A stretch of 63,259 nt of DNA, counting the filler, from Chiloscyllium plagiosum (Eukaryota), in NCBI RefSeq assembly GCF_004010195.1. It is 4 parts of one record of this genome, joined end to end, with 100 filler letters (N's around TTAATTAATTAA, not from the genome) between each part and the next. Parts side by side here need not be neighbours in the genome. Positions count along the whole stretch, not along the records: positions 27,100 to 53,792 come from NC_057711.1; positions 53,893 to 61,897 come from NC_057711.1; 2 more parts are not named here. The stretch is one strand, 5' to 3'. Below, one piece after another: positions 51,300 through 61,997 of the stretch. The translations under genes were made by a program, and so were the position numbers. Positions within the stretch are counted from its first letter, which is position 1, and each line of letters begins with the position of its first letter. Under the pieces are notes generated by a model. That model searched no databases. It worked only from the letters and a program-made list of their open reading frames with translations, and was not told the origin of the DNA.

Positions 51300-51580
51300 C
51301 AGAGAGATACAGAGGGGGATAGGGGGAGTGGGAGGAAGAGACAATGGAAAGATGGAGAGAAAGACATGACAGAGAGAGAGAGGGAGTGAGTGCAGAAAAA
51401 GTGAGTGAGAGAGAGAGGGAGATGGATGTGGAGGGTTAAGAGAGATAGGGACAGATAGAGATGTGGGGAAAAAGAGTGTGACAGAGAGAGAGAGGGAGGG
51501 AGACAGACAGACAGACAGACAGAAGGAGTAGAGAGAGGGAGACAAAGATGGAGTCAGAAATAGAGAGAGATACAGAGGGT
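51300..51580. repeat. (GA)-rich low-complexity tract
   Basis: Purine-rich GA/GACA repeats. Confidence 0.9.
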
Positions 51581-52669
51581 TGGGTGTACAGAGGAAGTAA
51601 CTGGTGAGGAAGCACAGCCTCAGTCTGGGGGGGATGGGGGTGGGGGTAGGGGGGAAAATCACTGGACGTTGAGAGATATTCCACTCCCTGCCCATCATTA
51701 ACATTTTCCATGTTCTGAAGCACATTGACATGCTGCTTTGTTGTTCAGTATGATCGTGGCTGATTTATACCTTGAACCCCACTCCCCATCTCCCTCAATC
51801 CCACAAGACAAAATCAATTTACTTCCTATCTCCTCCCCCCCCCCACCGAATATATTCAACCTTGTAGCCTCCAGTATTGTTTGGGGGCTCGGGGTGGGGT
51901 GGGGGGGTGGGTGGTGGTGGCAGAGAAACCCAAAGATCCACAACCTCCAGCAACCCTCTCCTCCACGAGTGAAACCATTCAAGCTCACTGCTGTCTGAAA
52001 TAACAGGCCTCTACAAACTGTGCCTCCCCCCACACGCACCGTTGTCTCGATTCCCCAGACTGAGGGCAAACAATCTCCCAGCATCCACCTTGTGACCCTC
52101 TCCCCGAGTCTTGCCTTCCTCTTGGCCTCTGAGTATGTATCAGCGGGAGAAAGGAAGCCCCCTCCCTGCCCCTCAGAACAGAGTGTCCATCCGTCCGCAT
52201 CAGCCATTGTGGGAATTGAACCCACGCTGTTGGTATCAGTCTCCATCACCAACCTGCTGCCAACCAACTGAGGTAGCTAACCCCATGAAGCAGTGATCAG
52301 CCTTTTTCTTAATCTCACTTGGAAATATATCACCATTCCTTCAGTGTCACTGGGTCAGAATCCTGGAATTCCCTCCCTCAGGGCATTGTGGGTCACCCTA
52401 CAGCACATGGACGGCAGCAGGTCAGGAAGGCAGCTCACCCCCACCTTCTCAAGGGGCAACTAGGGACGGGTAATAAATGCTGGGCCCAGCCAGCGACACC
52501 CAGCAACCTCCATATTTATGACCAAATGGTTTTTAAAAAAATTGAGTATAGGAGCAAAGCAGTCTTGATTTTTCTTTCATTCAATGAACTTCAAGGAGTG
52601 CGGTTAAATGCTCCCTTGAGGTGAAGGTAATCATTGAGGTTTCAATTCTCCCAGGGTATGTCGGTTTCA

Positions 52670-52850
52670 CCAGCAAGACCAGCATTTATTCCCCACTCCC
52701 AATTGCCCCTTGATCTGAGTGACTTCCTGAGGGCGTTTCAGAGGGCAGTTGAGAGTCAACCACGTTGCTGTGGGTCTGGAGTCACGTGTAGGCCAGACCA
52801 GGTAAGGACGGCAAATTTCCCTCCTTAAAGGACATCAGTGACCCACCGAC
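52670..52850 (-). mobile_element. SacSINE1-like Deu-SINE
   Basis: gtgggtctggagtcacgtgtaggccagaccaggtaaggacggcaaatttcc. Confidence 0.78.
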
Positions 52851-53792
52851 AATTGTTCAATTTAATTGTGTAGGAGACTGGTGAGGCTGTACCCAGGGTA
52901 CTCCGTGCGGTGCTGGCCCCAGGGTAGGATAGAGAGAGTGCAGCAATGATTTACCAGACTGATACAAGGAGGGTCTATCCTGTGAGGAATGACCTGATTT
53001 TCCAGAGATTTGAAGACTGGGAGGTATCTCAATGGAATGTACAAAACCTTTAATGAAATGGACAGAGTAGTTATAGAAAGGATGAAATCGCTTGCCTGGT
53101 GACTCTGAAACTGGATGGACAATCTCAGAAGAAGGAGGAGGTTACTAAGGTCAGAGATGGGTCAAAATGTCTTCATTCAAAGGGGTGGACCTGTACCACA
53201 GAGAGAAGTGGAAGCTCTGTCACTGAGTATGTTCAAGACAGAGATCAATAGATTTATAAATGGGAAGAGTATCAAGGACCATGGGAGTGTGTGAGAAAAC
53301 GTCTTTGATTAGGATGGAGACTAGAGCAGCAGGAATAACCCACTGCTGTTCCAACTGAGCTTCTAGCAACATCACTCAAACAGATGATGGTCTCTTTATG
53401 AATCCAGGAAGTTGTGTTTATTACAGAATCGGCCGCTGTGTTTATTACAGAGACCCAATTCAACGGTGCTGTGCTGGCTGTGTTCAGCTTTCACAGTCCA
53501 CATTCCTGATGAAGGCCTTATGCTCGAAACATCGACTCTCCTGCTCCTCGGATGCTGCCTGACCTGCTGTGCTTTTCCAGCACCCCACTCTTCACCTCTA
53601 CATTCGGCTTTCCGACTCTGAATGAGTTGTGCTCACGTGCAAGAGAAATGCATGGCCCTCCCGCATTCATCTCTGTGGGCCGGCTCTAACAGAAGGTTCA
53701 CAGAAGATGATTCCCCACTCCCCCATTCCCCACTCCCCCACTCCCTCATTCCCCCACCCCCTATTCCCCCACTCCCACAAACCCCACTCCCC

Positions 53793-53892
53793 NNNNNNNN
53801 NNNNNNNNNNNNNNNNNNNNNNNNNNNNNNNNNNNNTTAATTAATTAANNNNNNNNNNNNNNNNNNNNNNNNNNNNNNNNNNNNNNNNNNNN
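53793..53892. other. 100-bp gap with TTAATTAATTAA spacer
   Basis: Spacer at 53837-53848; preceded by a (CCCCAYT)n repeat at 53710-53792. Confidence 0.97.
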
Positions 53893-53976
53893 CTGGATGC
53901 TGCCTGACCTGCTGCGCTTTTCCAGCAACACATTTTCAGCTCTGATCTCCAGCATCTGCAGACCTCACTTTCTCCT

Positions 53977-54230
53977 ATCCCTAATCATTCCTTGCCTTTC
54001 CAAGTACATGCACATCCTGTCCCTCAGGATTCCCTCTAACAACTTGCCCACCACCGACGTCCAGCTCACTGGTCTATAGTTCCCTGGCTTGTCCTTACCA
54101 CCCTTCTTAAACATTGGCACCACATTAGCCAACCTCCAGTCTTCCGGTACCTCACCTGTGACTATAAATGATACAAATATTTCAGCAAGAGGCCCAGCAA
54201 TCACTTCTCTAGCTTCCCACAGAGTTCCAA
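53977..54230 (-). mobile_element. CR1 RT fragment
   Basis: VPEDWRLANVVPMFKKG ... NYRPVS. Confidence 0.9.
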
Positions 54231-54629
54231 TTTACACCCACTTCCAACCACGTTGCTGCTATCACTCTTGGCCCTGCTCCAACTTTATCAGACTCTCCCC
54301 ACTTCTTCGCCAGTGCTCCGAACCCCTCTCACGGACAAAAACATAAATTGCTGCGAAAAACTCAGCAGGTCTGGCAGCATCTGTGCAGAGGAAGCAAAGT
54401 CAATGCCGTGATGGCAACGCCCCCAGCCCCAAGAAACCATCTTCAATTCCTAGACCCCGCCCCCCCCCTCCCTGGAGACCCACCTCCTCAGCCCCGGACC
54501 CCTCCCCGTCTCCCATTCATTGAGCCGGGCCGGGCCGGGCCGTCGTCTCGCGAGAGCTGCCCGGCGTTTCCGGTGTTTTTGTGCGGCCCCAGGCCGGGCG
54601 GGAGGACAGAGAGGCAAGAGTCCGTGAAC

Positions 54630-54678
54630 ATGGCGGTCAGCATCCGCGGCCGCTCCGTTAGGAGCCTCCGCATCAGAG
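54630..54678 (+). CDS. RICTOR: RICTOR (mTORC2 subunit) coding exon 1
   Basis: ATG in aacATGg context encodes MAVSIRGRSVRSLRIR+G and ends at a phase-1 donor AG|GTAC. It matches the recalled human N-terminus MAAIGRGRSLKNLRVRG. The 5' UTR start cannot be determined. Confidence 0.93.
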
Positions 54679-54963
54679 GTACATTACCGGGGGGGGGGGG
54701 CAGGCAGTGCGACCCGACTCCATCAATCATTAGACTCGGCAAGGCAACAGACCAATAACCAGAACAAAAACAAAAAGCCCTCAGCAGCGGCAATGAGCAA
54801 CGCTCGTACTTTAATAACGGCCGCCTCGAATCTTGTTTGTTTATGGAAGTAAAATGCACGACTTACCCGCAAGCTTAACTAAACCATTATTAATCGTATT
54901 TTTCTCTCTTTCTTTCTTTCCCTTGCTCATATCTTCTTATATTGGCTTACAATATGCACGCAG

Positions 54964-55011
54964 GGCGGAATGACAGCGGGGAGGAGAACGTGCCGCTCGA
55001 TCTGTCCCGAG
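54964..55011 (+). CDS. RICTOR: RICTOR coding exon 2
   Basis: Long polypyrimidine tract and CAG acceptor, then a 48-nt phase 1-1 exon encoding (G)RNDSGEENVPLDLSR(E), then donor AG|GTAAGA. Human is GRNDSGEENVPLDLTRE. Exon 3 (EPSDNLREIL...) was not seen, so the rest of the window is intron 2. Confidence 0.95.
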
Positions 55012-55461
55012 GTAAGAGGAAAACTGTTTTTTAAATGTGAGGCTGGTGGAAGGAAGTAAATAAACAAAATAAAATGCTGAGGGAGTTTGGTGAGGGGGGG
55101 CGGCGGTGTGCTGTTGGAAGTACGATAAGATGTGAGGGCAAAGTCGCTCCCCCGTCGAACGGAGTGTGAGGAAAACCACAAACTTTGGAATTACTGTGTA
55201 AAGGAGGTTGGGCCGGGAGAGGGGGTGCAGGAGACGTTCACCCGATTCAACCGGGAGGAGTGGGAAAGGGAAGCTGTTTTTATTTCCCTCTCTCTCTCTC
55301 TCTCTCTATCTGTCACTCACGCCGAATGAATCAGGAGCCGCTGCCTCTCCTGGGCGCCAGCTTTTCAAATACTAACGGCTCCCGGGCCTCGAGCCACAGC
55401 CGTTGGGGTAGGGGGGAAGATTCCACTCAGGAGCGGGGGGGGGGGGGGAAGAAAGGGAGGA

Positions 55462-55592
55462 NNNNNNNNNNNNNNNNNNNNNNNNNNNNNNNNNNNNNNN
55501 NNNNNNNNNNNNNNNNNNNNNNNNNNNNNNNNNNNNNNNNNNNNNNNNNNNNNNNNNNNNNNNNNNNNNNNNNNNNNNNNNNNNNNNNNNNN
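55462..55592. other. Assembly gap
   Basis: N run in a G/purine-rich context. Confidence 1.
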
Positions 55593-56869
55593 GAGATGAG
55601 GTGGGCAACTGAGGGAAGGGGAGAGTCAAGACCAGATGGGGGATTAAGGGGAAGAGATGAAGTGGGGGATTGGGAGGGGAGATGTTGTCAGGGACAGGGC
55701 AAAAAGTAGAAAGTTGCAATATAAGAATGGGCAATGAGGGTATGAAATGGGGATTGAGAAACTTGAAGTGGAGGGTGCATAAGAATCTAACAAATAGAAG
55801 GAATAGACATTACAGCCCCTCAACCTAAACATGTTCAACTGCAAGCCCTTCTCACCTGTCATTCAAAATATCAATATGATGTGGAGGTGCTGGTGTTGGG
55901 CTAGGGTGGACAAAGTTAAAAATCACAACACCAGCTTATACTCCAACAGGTTTATTTGGATGTACAAGCTTTCAGAGGCACTGCTCCTTCAGATCGCTAG
56001 TGGAGTCATAGGGCACAATTTATAACAAGTAATTGTAGTATCACATGACTGATGTGATCAAAATATCATCAGTGATCTTTGTGAATGTATTTGTTGATTG
56101 GGCATCCACAAATCTTTAGGGTAGAGAACTCCAAAAATTCATATGCCTTTGAATGAAGTTATGAGTATGGAGAGACAATGGAAGTAGGGCTCTCAGACAG
56201 AGGATCAGCCACGATCATGTTGAAGTAGGCTAGATTGGCTGAATTTCTTCTGTTTTCTGTATTTCTAAGTTTTCTCATCTCTATTCTAAGTGATCAGTGC
56301 CTTAGTCTGAGCCGTTGACTCTATAGTTTTGATTTTCCATTTCTGTTATGTCCTTCACTGGCAGCCATCCTATTTCATCTATCTTTCCCTGCATTGTATC
56401 CTACCCTTTTTCCCAGTGAAATTTTCTGTCCTAATTTAATTCATTCTGAACAAGAGCAATTCTATCCCAATTCCCTCCCTCAAAATTGTTCCATTCTAAA
56501 CAAACCAAGCAAGACCCTTCATGTAGCCTGTTGTTTCAAGTTAATGGACACCTCAACCTGTCACTGTTTGGACATGATTTATATTCACCCATGCTCTAAA
56601 ACTAACATCTGCCTACTCAGTGAATAAACAACCATATTTCACTATTCAAAATAGTGATTTTGTATTATGATTTGAGAGATTCATATTCTTTCAATCACAA
56701 ATCTAGCACTGCTACAACTGCAAGGAGTGGGTATTTTCTCTTGTTAACACTTCATTGCAAAGAGGCTTGGTTTCACATCCACTGGTACCAGCTGATGACA
56801 TGTCACATGTCATCAAATATATTGATTGTGCTTGTTTATAAACAAAAGCAAATTACCTCCTGGAAGTAG

Positions 56870-57180
56870 GCAGGGTGGCTCAGTGGTTAGCACTGCTGTC
56901 TCAGTGACCTGGTTTGATTCCACCTTTGGCAACTGCAAACTCCAGACAGACATTTTCCCAGGGACTGTGGATTTCCTCCTGGTGATGCAATTTCCTCCCA
57001 CAGTCCGAAGATGTGCAGGTTAGGTGGATGGGCCATGCTAAATTGCCCATAGTGTCCAGGGATGTACAAGCTAGGTGCATTTACCATGGGAGTCCAGGTT
57101 TGCTAGGATAGAGTAGGGATGTGCTCTGGGTGGACTTGATGAGTTGAATGGCCTGTTCCACACTGTAGGGATTCTGTGAT
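56870..57180 (+). mobile_element. HE1-related SINE (diverged)
   Basis: ggtggctcagtggttagcactgctg ... ccatgctaaattgcccatagtg. Confidence 0.8.
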
Positions 57181-58279
57181 GGTACCTGCTGGGTCTCCCA
57201 GCAGCACTGATTTAACAAGTGCATGTGCAGTATTTCTAAAGATGCTGACTGCCACTGTGGAACGTGCTCGGTGTCTCTTGCCAAAATGCCTGTATGGACC
57301 CTGCTCCATTAATCAGTCCCAGTGCCGGCCTAACCTTTGCGCGCTCACCGTGCTCCAGAGCTACCTGCCCTGAATGTCAGCTTGTTTGCATTGCCTAGTA
57401 ATGAAATCTTCAGTGATTTGTTTACATATAAAATGTACTCTTAAGTTTTGTGGGAAGTGGCGGCAGTTTCGATGTATTTTTCTGTATTAAAGTTTGTTGT
57501 TTTTTTGCCTCTGGGTGGAGAAAGGAGGATGATGGGTGCATGATGTGTTTTTTTCGAAGCGGCCACGTCCTGAGGGGAGGGACCGGCAGCTGCCTCTGCA
57601 GCAGCCCCGGCTCTCTGATCTCCTTCCTGCGGCTGAGATGCACGCGAGGCCGGGGTTCTAGACTTATAATGTCGGCCCTAATTCAGGAAGGGGCAGAAAC
57701 CCAGTCCCTATGACTTTTTTTTGTTTAAGTTGGTAAGTATGTTGTGGTCATTTTCTCCGGTTCAAGTCTTCTTTCTGACGATTCCCTCGTTGCAAGTAGC
57801 AGCCGCTGCTCAAGTTCCTTCTCATTTTGTACAAGGAAGCTGGATCGCTGTTTACAAACTGTTCCCGTTCTGAGGCAGGCTTGAATGTCACCCATTTTGA
57901 AATAACCCTGTCGGCTGGCTGCTCATTGTTCACATCTGTATTCTCACATAAACAAAGTTGAAGAAACAGGCTGCAGTTCACTTTGTCATCTACACATTTC
58001 CCCTGATATTTGTTGTATTTGCTTGCCGAGGATTAATTCTTTTTACTGTAGCACAGCGTTAATTTGACATTGCAAAATCAAATATTTTGGTTCAGCTTTG
58101 TTGTTTTATTCCACTATTACAATAGTGAATAATTAAAAAGAACAAAGCATTGGTATTTGTAATGCGCATCACTTGGCAGTTCTCTGGAAGCAAGCATTGT
58201 AGTTTCAACATTCAAAGAGAACAGACATGTTTACATCTTTTGTAAACAGAGCAGTGAATCACTTTCAAGTCAGAATGGA

Positions 58280-59280
58280 TAGTCCAGTTTGGCAGAGAGA
58301 ATAATAAAGAAGCATATTAACTAAATGGTGAAAAGTAGAGCATTGGGGTGCAAAGAGATCTGGGTGTTCCAATACATGCATCACAGAAGGTTAGTATGCA
58401 GGTACAGCTAATAATCAGGAAAACTTAACAGATTCTTTGGTTTATTGCGTGAAGAATTGAATGCAAAAGAAGGGATGTTATGCTGCAGTTATGCAGAGCA
58501 TTGATGAGACCGCAACTGGAGTATGGTGTATACAGCACTGGTCAATGTACTTACGGAAAGATGTTAATATGTTGGAGGTAAAAACAATGATGACTGCAGA
58601 TGCTGGAAACCAGTTTCTGGATTAGTGGTGCTGGAAGAGCACAGCAGTTCAGGCAGCATCCAAGGAGCTTCAAAATCGACGTTTCGGGCAAAAGCCCTTC
58701 ATCAGGAATTGAAGGGCGTTTGCCCGAAACGTCGATTTCGAAGCTCCTTGGATGCTGCCTGAACTGCTGTGCTCTTCCAGCACCACTAATCCAGAAGTTA
58801 ATATGTTGGAAGCAGTCCAGAGAAGGTTCACTGCACCAGTACCTTCAATGAGCGAATGCTTGAAGAGGGGAAGGCTGGGCAGTCTAGGCCTGCATCATCT
58901 GGAGTTTAGAAGAATCAGAGGTGACTTAATTGAAACTTCAAGATCCTGAAGGGGCTACTGGATGGAGGTTTCTTTTTTGAGAGAATCAAGAACTCAGGGT
59001 CATAGTTCAAAAATAAAAGAAACCCATTTAAAATGGATATGATGAATCTTTTTACACTCTGATGCTTGAGTCTCTGGAATTCCTTTCCTCAAGAGGCAAC
59101 AGTTGCAGAATCTTAAATATTTTTAAGGCAGAGGTAGATGGATTCTTGGGGGGATGAATGATTATCATAGGTATGCAGGAATGCAGAGTTGAGATTTAAA
59201 TCAGATCAGCCCTGATCTTGAATGGTGCAGCAGGCTTGAGGGGCAGAGTGGCATAGTCTTGTTCCTTTTTCATATGTTTC
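58280..59280 (+). mobile_element. Old CR1 3' fragment
   Basis: LEAVQRRFT ... EFRRIRGDLIET. Confidence 0.82.
58577..58796. mobile_element. Palindromic Penelope terminal-repeat insertion with 14-bp TSD
   Basis: gttaatatgttgga at 58563-58576 and 58797-58810; near-perfect ~90-bp inverted arms with hammerhead-like cores. Confidence 0.88.
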
Positions 59281-59384
59281 TTTGGATTGGAGGGAAATTT
59301 TTGGGTTGAGTTTTTAGCAAAGACGTGAAATCATTTGAAATCTTCTCTTTCTGTAATCCCAAGGAATTGAAATATGATGTATAA

Positions 59385-61770
59385 CGTAGAACGTTACAGC
59401 ACAGTACAGGCCCTTTGGTCCTCGATGTTGCACTGACCTGTGGAATCAAACTGAAGCCCGTCTAACCTACACTACTCCATTCTTGTTCATATGCCTATCC
59501 AGTGACTATTTAAATGCCATTAAAGTTGGTGAGTCTACACAGTTGCAGGCGTTGCATTCCACGCAGTTACTATTCTGAGTAAAGAAACTACCTCTGACAT
59601 CTGTCCTATATCTATCACCCCTCAATTTAAAGCTCTGTCCCCTCCTGCTAGCTATTGTCATCCTGTGAAAAAAGCTCTCACTGTCCAACCCATCTGATCC
59701 TCTGATTATCTTATGTCTCCAGTCTCCTCTCACCTCCTCCTCTCTAATGAAAACAACCTCAAGCCCCTCAGCCTTTCATCGTAAGACCTTCCCTTCATAC
59801 CAGGCAACATCCTAGTAAATCTCCTCTCTACCCTTTCCAAAGCTTCCACATTCTTCCTATAATGCGGTGACTAGAACTGTATGCAATACTCCAAATGTGG
59901 CGACACCAGAGTTTTGTATAGTTGCTGCATGATCTCATGGTTCCAAAACTCAGTCCCTCTACCAATAAAATCTCTAACACACTGTATGCCTTCTTAACAA
60001 CCGTATCAACCTGGGTGGCAACTTTCAAGGATCTATGGGACACTGAGATCTCTCTACTCGTCTACACTACCAAGAATCTTTCCATTAGCCCAGTACTTTG
60101 CATTCCTTTACTCTTCCAAAGTGAATCACCTCAACCTTTCAGCATTAAGCACCATTTGCCACCTCTCAGCCCAGCTCCACAGCTTACCTATGTCTCTCTG
60201 AAACCTACAACATCCTTTGTCACTATTCACAACTCTACTGACCTTAGTGTCATCTGCAAATTTACTAACCCATCCTTCTATACCCTCATCAAAGTCATTT
60301 ATATAAATGACAAACAACATTGGACCCAAAACAGGTCCTTGTGGTACACCACTAGTAACTGAACTCCAGCATCAACCACCACCCTCTGTCGTCTTTCAGC
60401 TAGCCAATTTCTGATCCAAACCGCTAAATCACCCTTAATCCCAAGCCTCAGTATTTTCTGCAATAGTCTACTGTGGGGAACCTTACCAAATACCTTACTG
60501 AAATCCATATATACCACATCAAGTGCTTTTCCCTTATCCTGTTTGGTCACCTTCTCAAAGAACTCAATAAGGTTTGTGAGGCATGACCTACCCTTCACAA
60601 AACAGTGTTGACTATCTCTAATCAACTTATTCAACTGTAGATGATCTTAAATCCAATCTCCTATAATCCTTTTCAACACTTCACCCACAACTGAAGTAAG
60701 GCTCCCAGGTCTATAATTTCTAGGGTTGTCTATCATTTCTAGGGTTGTCTCTACTCCCCTTTTTGAACAAGGGAACATTTGTTATCCTCCAGTCTTCTGG
60801 CAGTATTCCTGTGGACAATGATGATGTAAAGATCAAAGCCAAAGGCTCTGCAGTCTCTTCCTTGGCTTCCCAGAGAATCCTAGGATAAATCCCATCTGGC
60901 CCAGGGAATTTATCTATTTTCACACTTTCCAGAATTGGTAACACCTCCTTATGCATCTCAATGCCATCCAGTCTATAGCCTGTATCTCAGTATTGTCCTT
61001 GTCAACCATGTCTTTTTCTAGTGTGAATACTGATGAAAAGTATTCATTTAGCCATTCCCCATCTCTTCTGACTCCACTTCCCACTACACTGCTTGATTGG
61101 AGCAAATCTTACTCTAGTCTTTTTTTTATTCTTGATATAGCTATAGAAAGCCTTAGGGTTTTCCTTGATCCTATCTGCCAATGACTTCTCATGTCCCCTA
61201 CTGGCTCCTCTTAACTCTCTCTAAGTTTTTCCTGGCTAACTTGTAATTCTCAAGCGCCCGAACTGAGTCATCTCATCCCATCTGAACATAAGCCACCTTC
61301 TTCCTCTTGACAAGAGATTCAATTTCCTTAGTAAACCACGGCTCCTGCGCTCGACAACCTCTTCCCTGCTTGACTGGTACATACTTATCAAGGACCCTTA
61401 ACAGCTGGACCTTGAATAAGCTCCACATTTCTATTGTGTCTATCCCCTGCAGTTTCCTTCCCCATCCTATGCATCCTGAATCCTGTCTAATTGCATCGTA
61501 ATTGCCTTTTCCCCCAGCTATAACTGTTGCACTGTGGTATATACGTATTCCTTTCCGTCACTAAAGTAAACCTAACTGAATTGTGGTCACTATTGCCGAA
61601 GTGTTCACCTACCTCCAAATCTAACACCTGGCCAGGTTCATTATGCAGTACCAAATCTAATGTGGTCTTGCCCCTTGTTGGCCTATCTATATATTGTGTC
61701 AAGAAACCCTCTTGCATGCATTGGACAAAAACTGACCCATTCAAAGAACTTAAACTATGATATTCCCAGG
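59385..61770 (-). mobile_element. CR1 LINE ORF2 (APE + RT) and tail, degraded
   Basis: GNSDHN, PGPDGIYPRIL, GRSCLTNL and FADDTK motifs. Confidence 0.92.
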
Positions 61771-61897
61771 TACAAACAATGACTGCAGATGCTGGAAACC
61801 AGATTCTGGATTAGTGGTGCTGGAAGAGCACAGCAGTTCAGGCAGCATCCAAGGAGCTTCGAAATCGACATTTCGGGCAAAAGCCCTTCATCAGGAA

Positions 61898-61997
61898 NNN
61901 NNNNNNNNNNNNNNNNNNNNNNNNNNNNNNNNNNNNNNNNNTTAATTAATTAANNNNNNNNNNNNNNNNNNNNNNNNNNNNNNNNNNNNNNNNNNNN
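61898..61997. other. 100-bp gap with TTAATTAATTAA spacer
   Basis: Spacer at 61942-61953. Confidence 0.97.

Larger units (their letters stand above)
54400..55460. promoter_or_regulatory. RICTOR: CpG island / RICTOR promoter
   Basis: Sharp CpG enrichment against a depleted background. Contains a GC box (~54454), the palindrome TCTCGCGAGA (54546-54555, BANP/CGCG element), an ETS-like TTCCGG (~54569) and a YY1-like AACATGGCGG overlapping the ATG. Confidence 0.88.

Noticed and set aside
1..54300. FYB1, OSMR or other host coding exons expected from synteny
   Set aside because: No recognisable peptide was found; isolated exon-like segments (e.g. ~1250-1340 minus, ~11896-11957 plus) lack support.
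54348..54859. 136-aa (+) and 123-aa (-) ORFs in the CpG island
   Set aside because: These are GC-rich stop-poor frames; only 54630-54678 is supported as coding.
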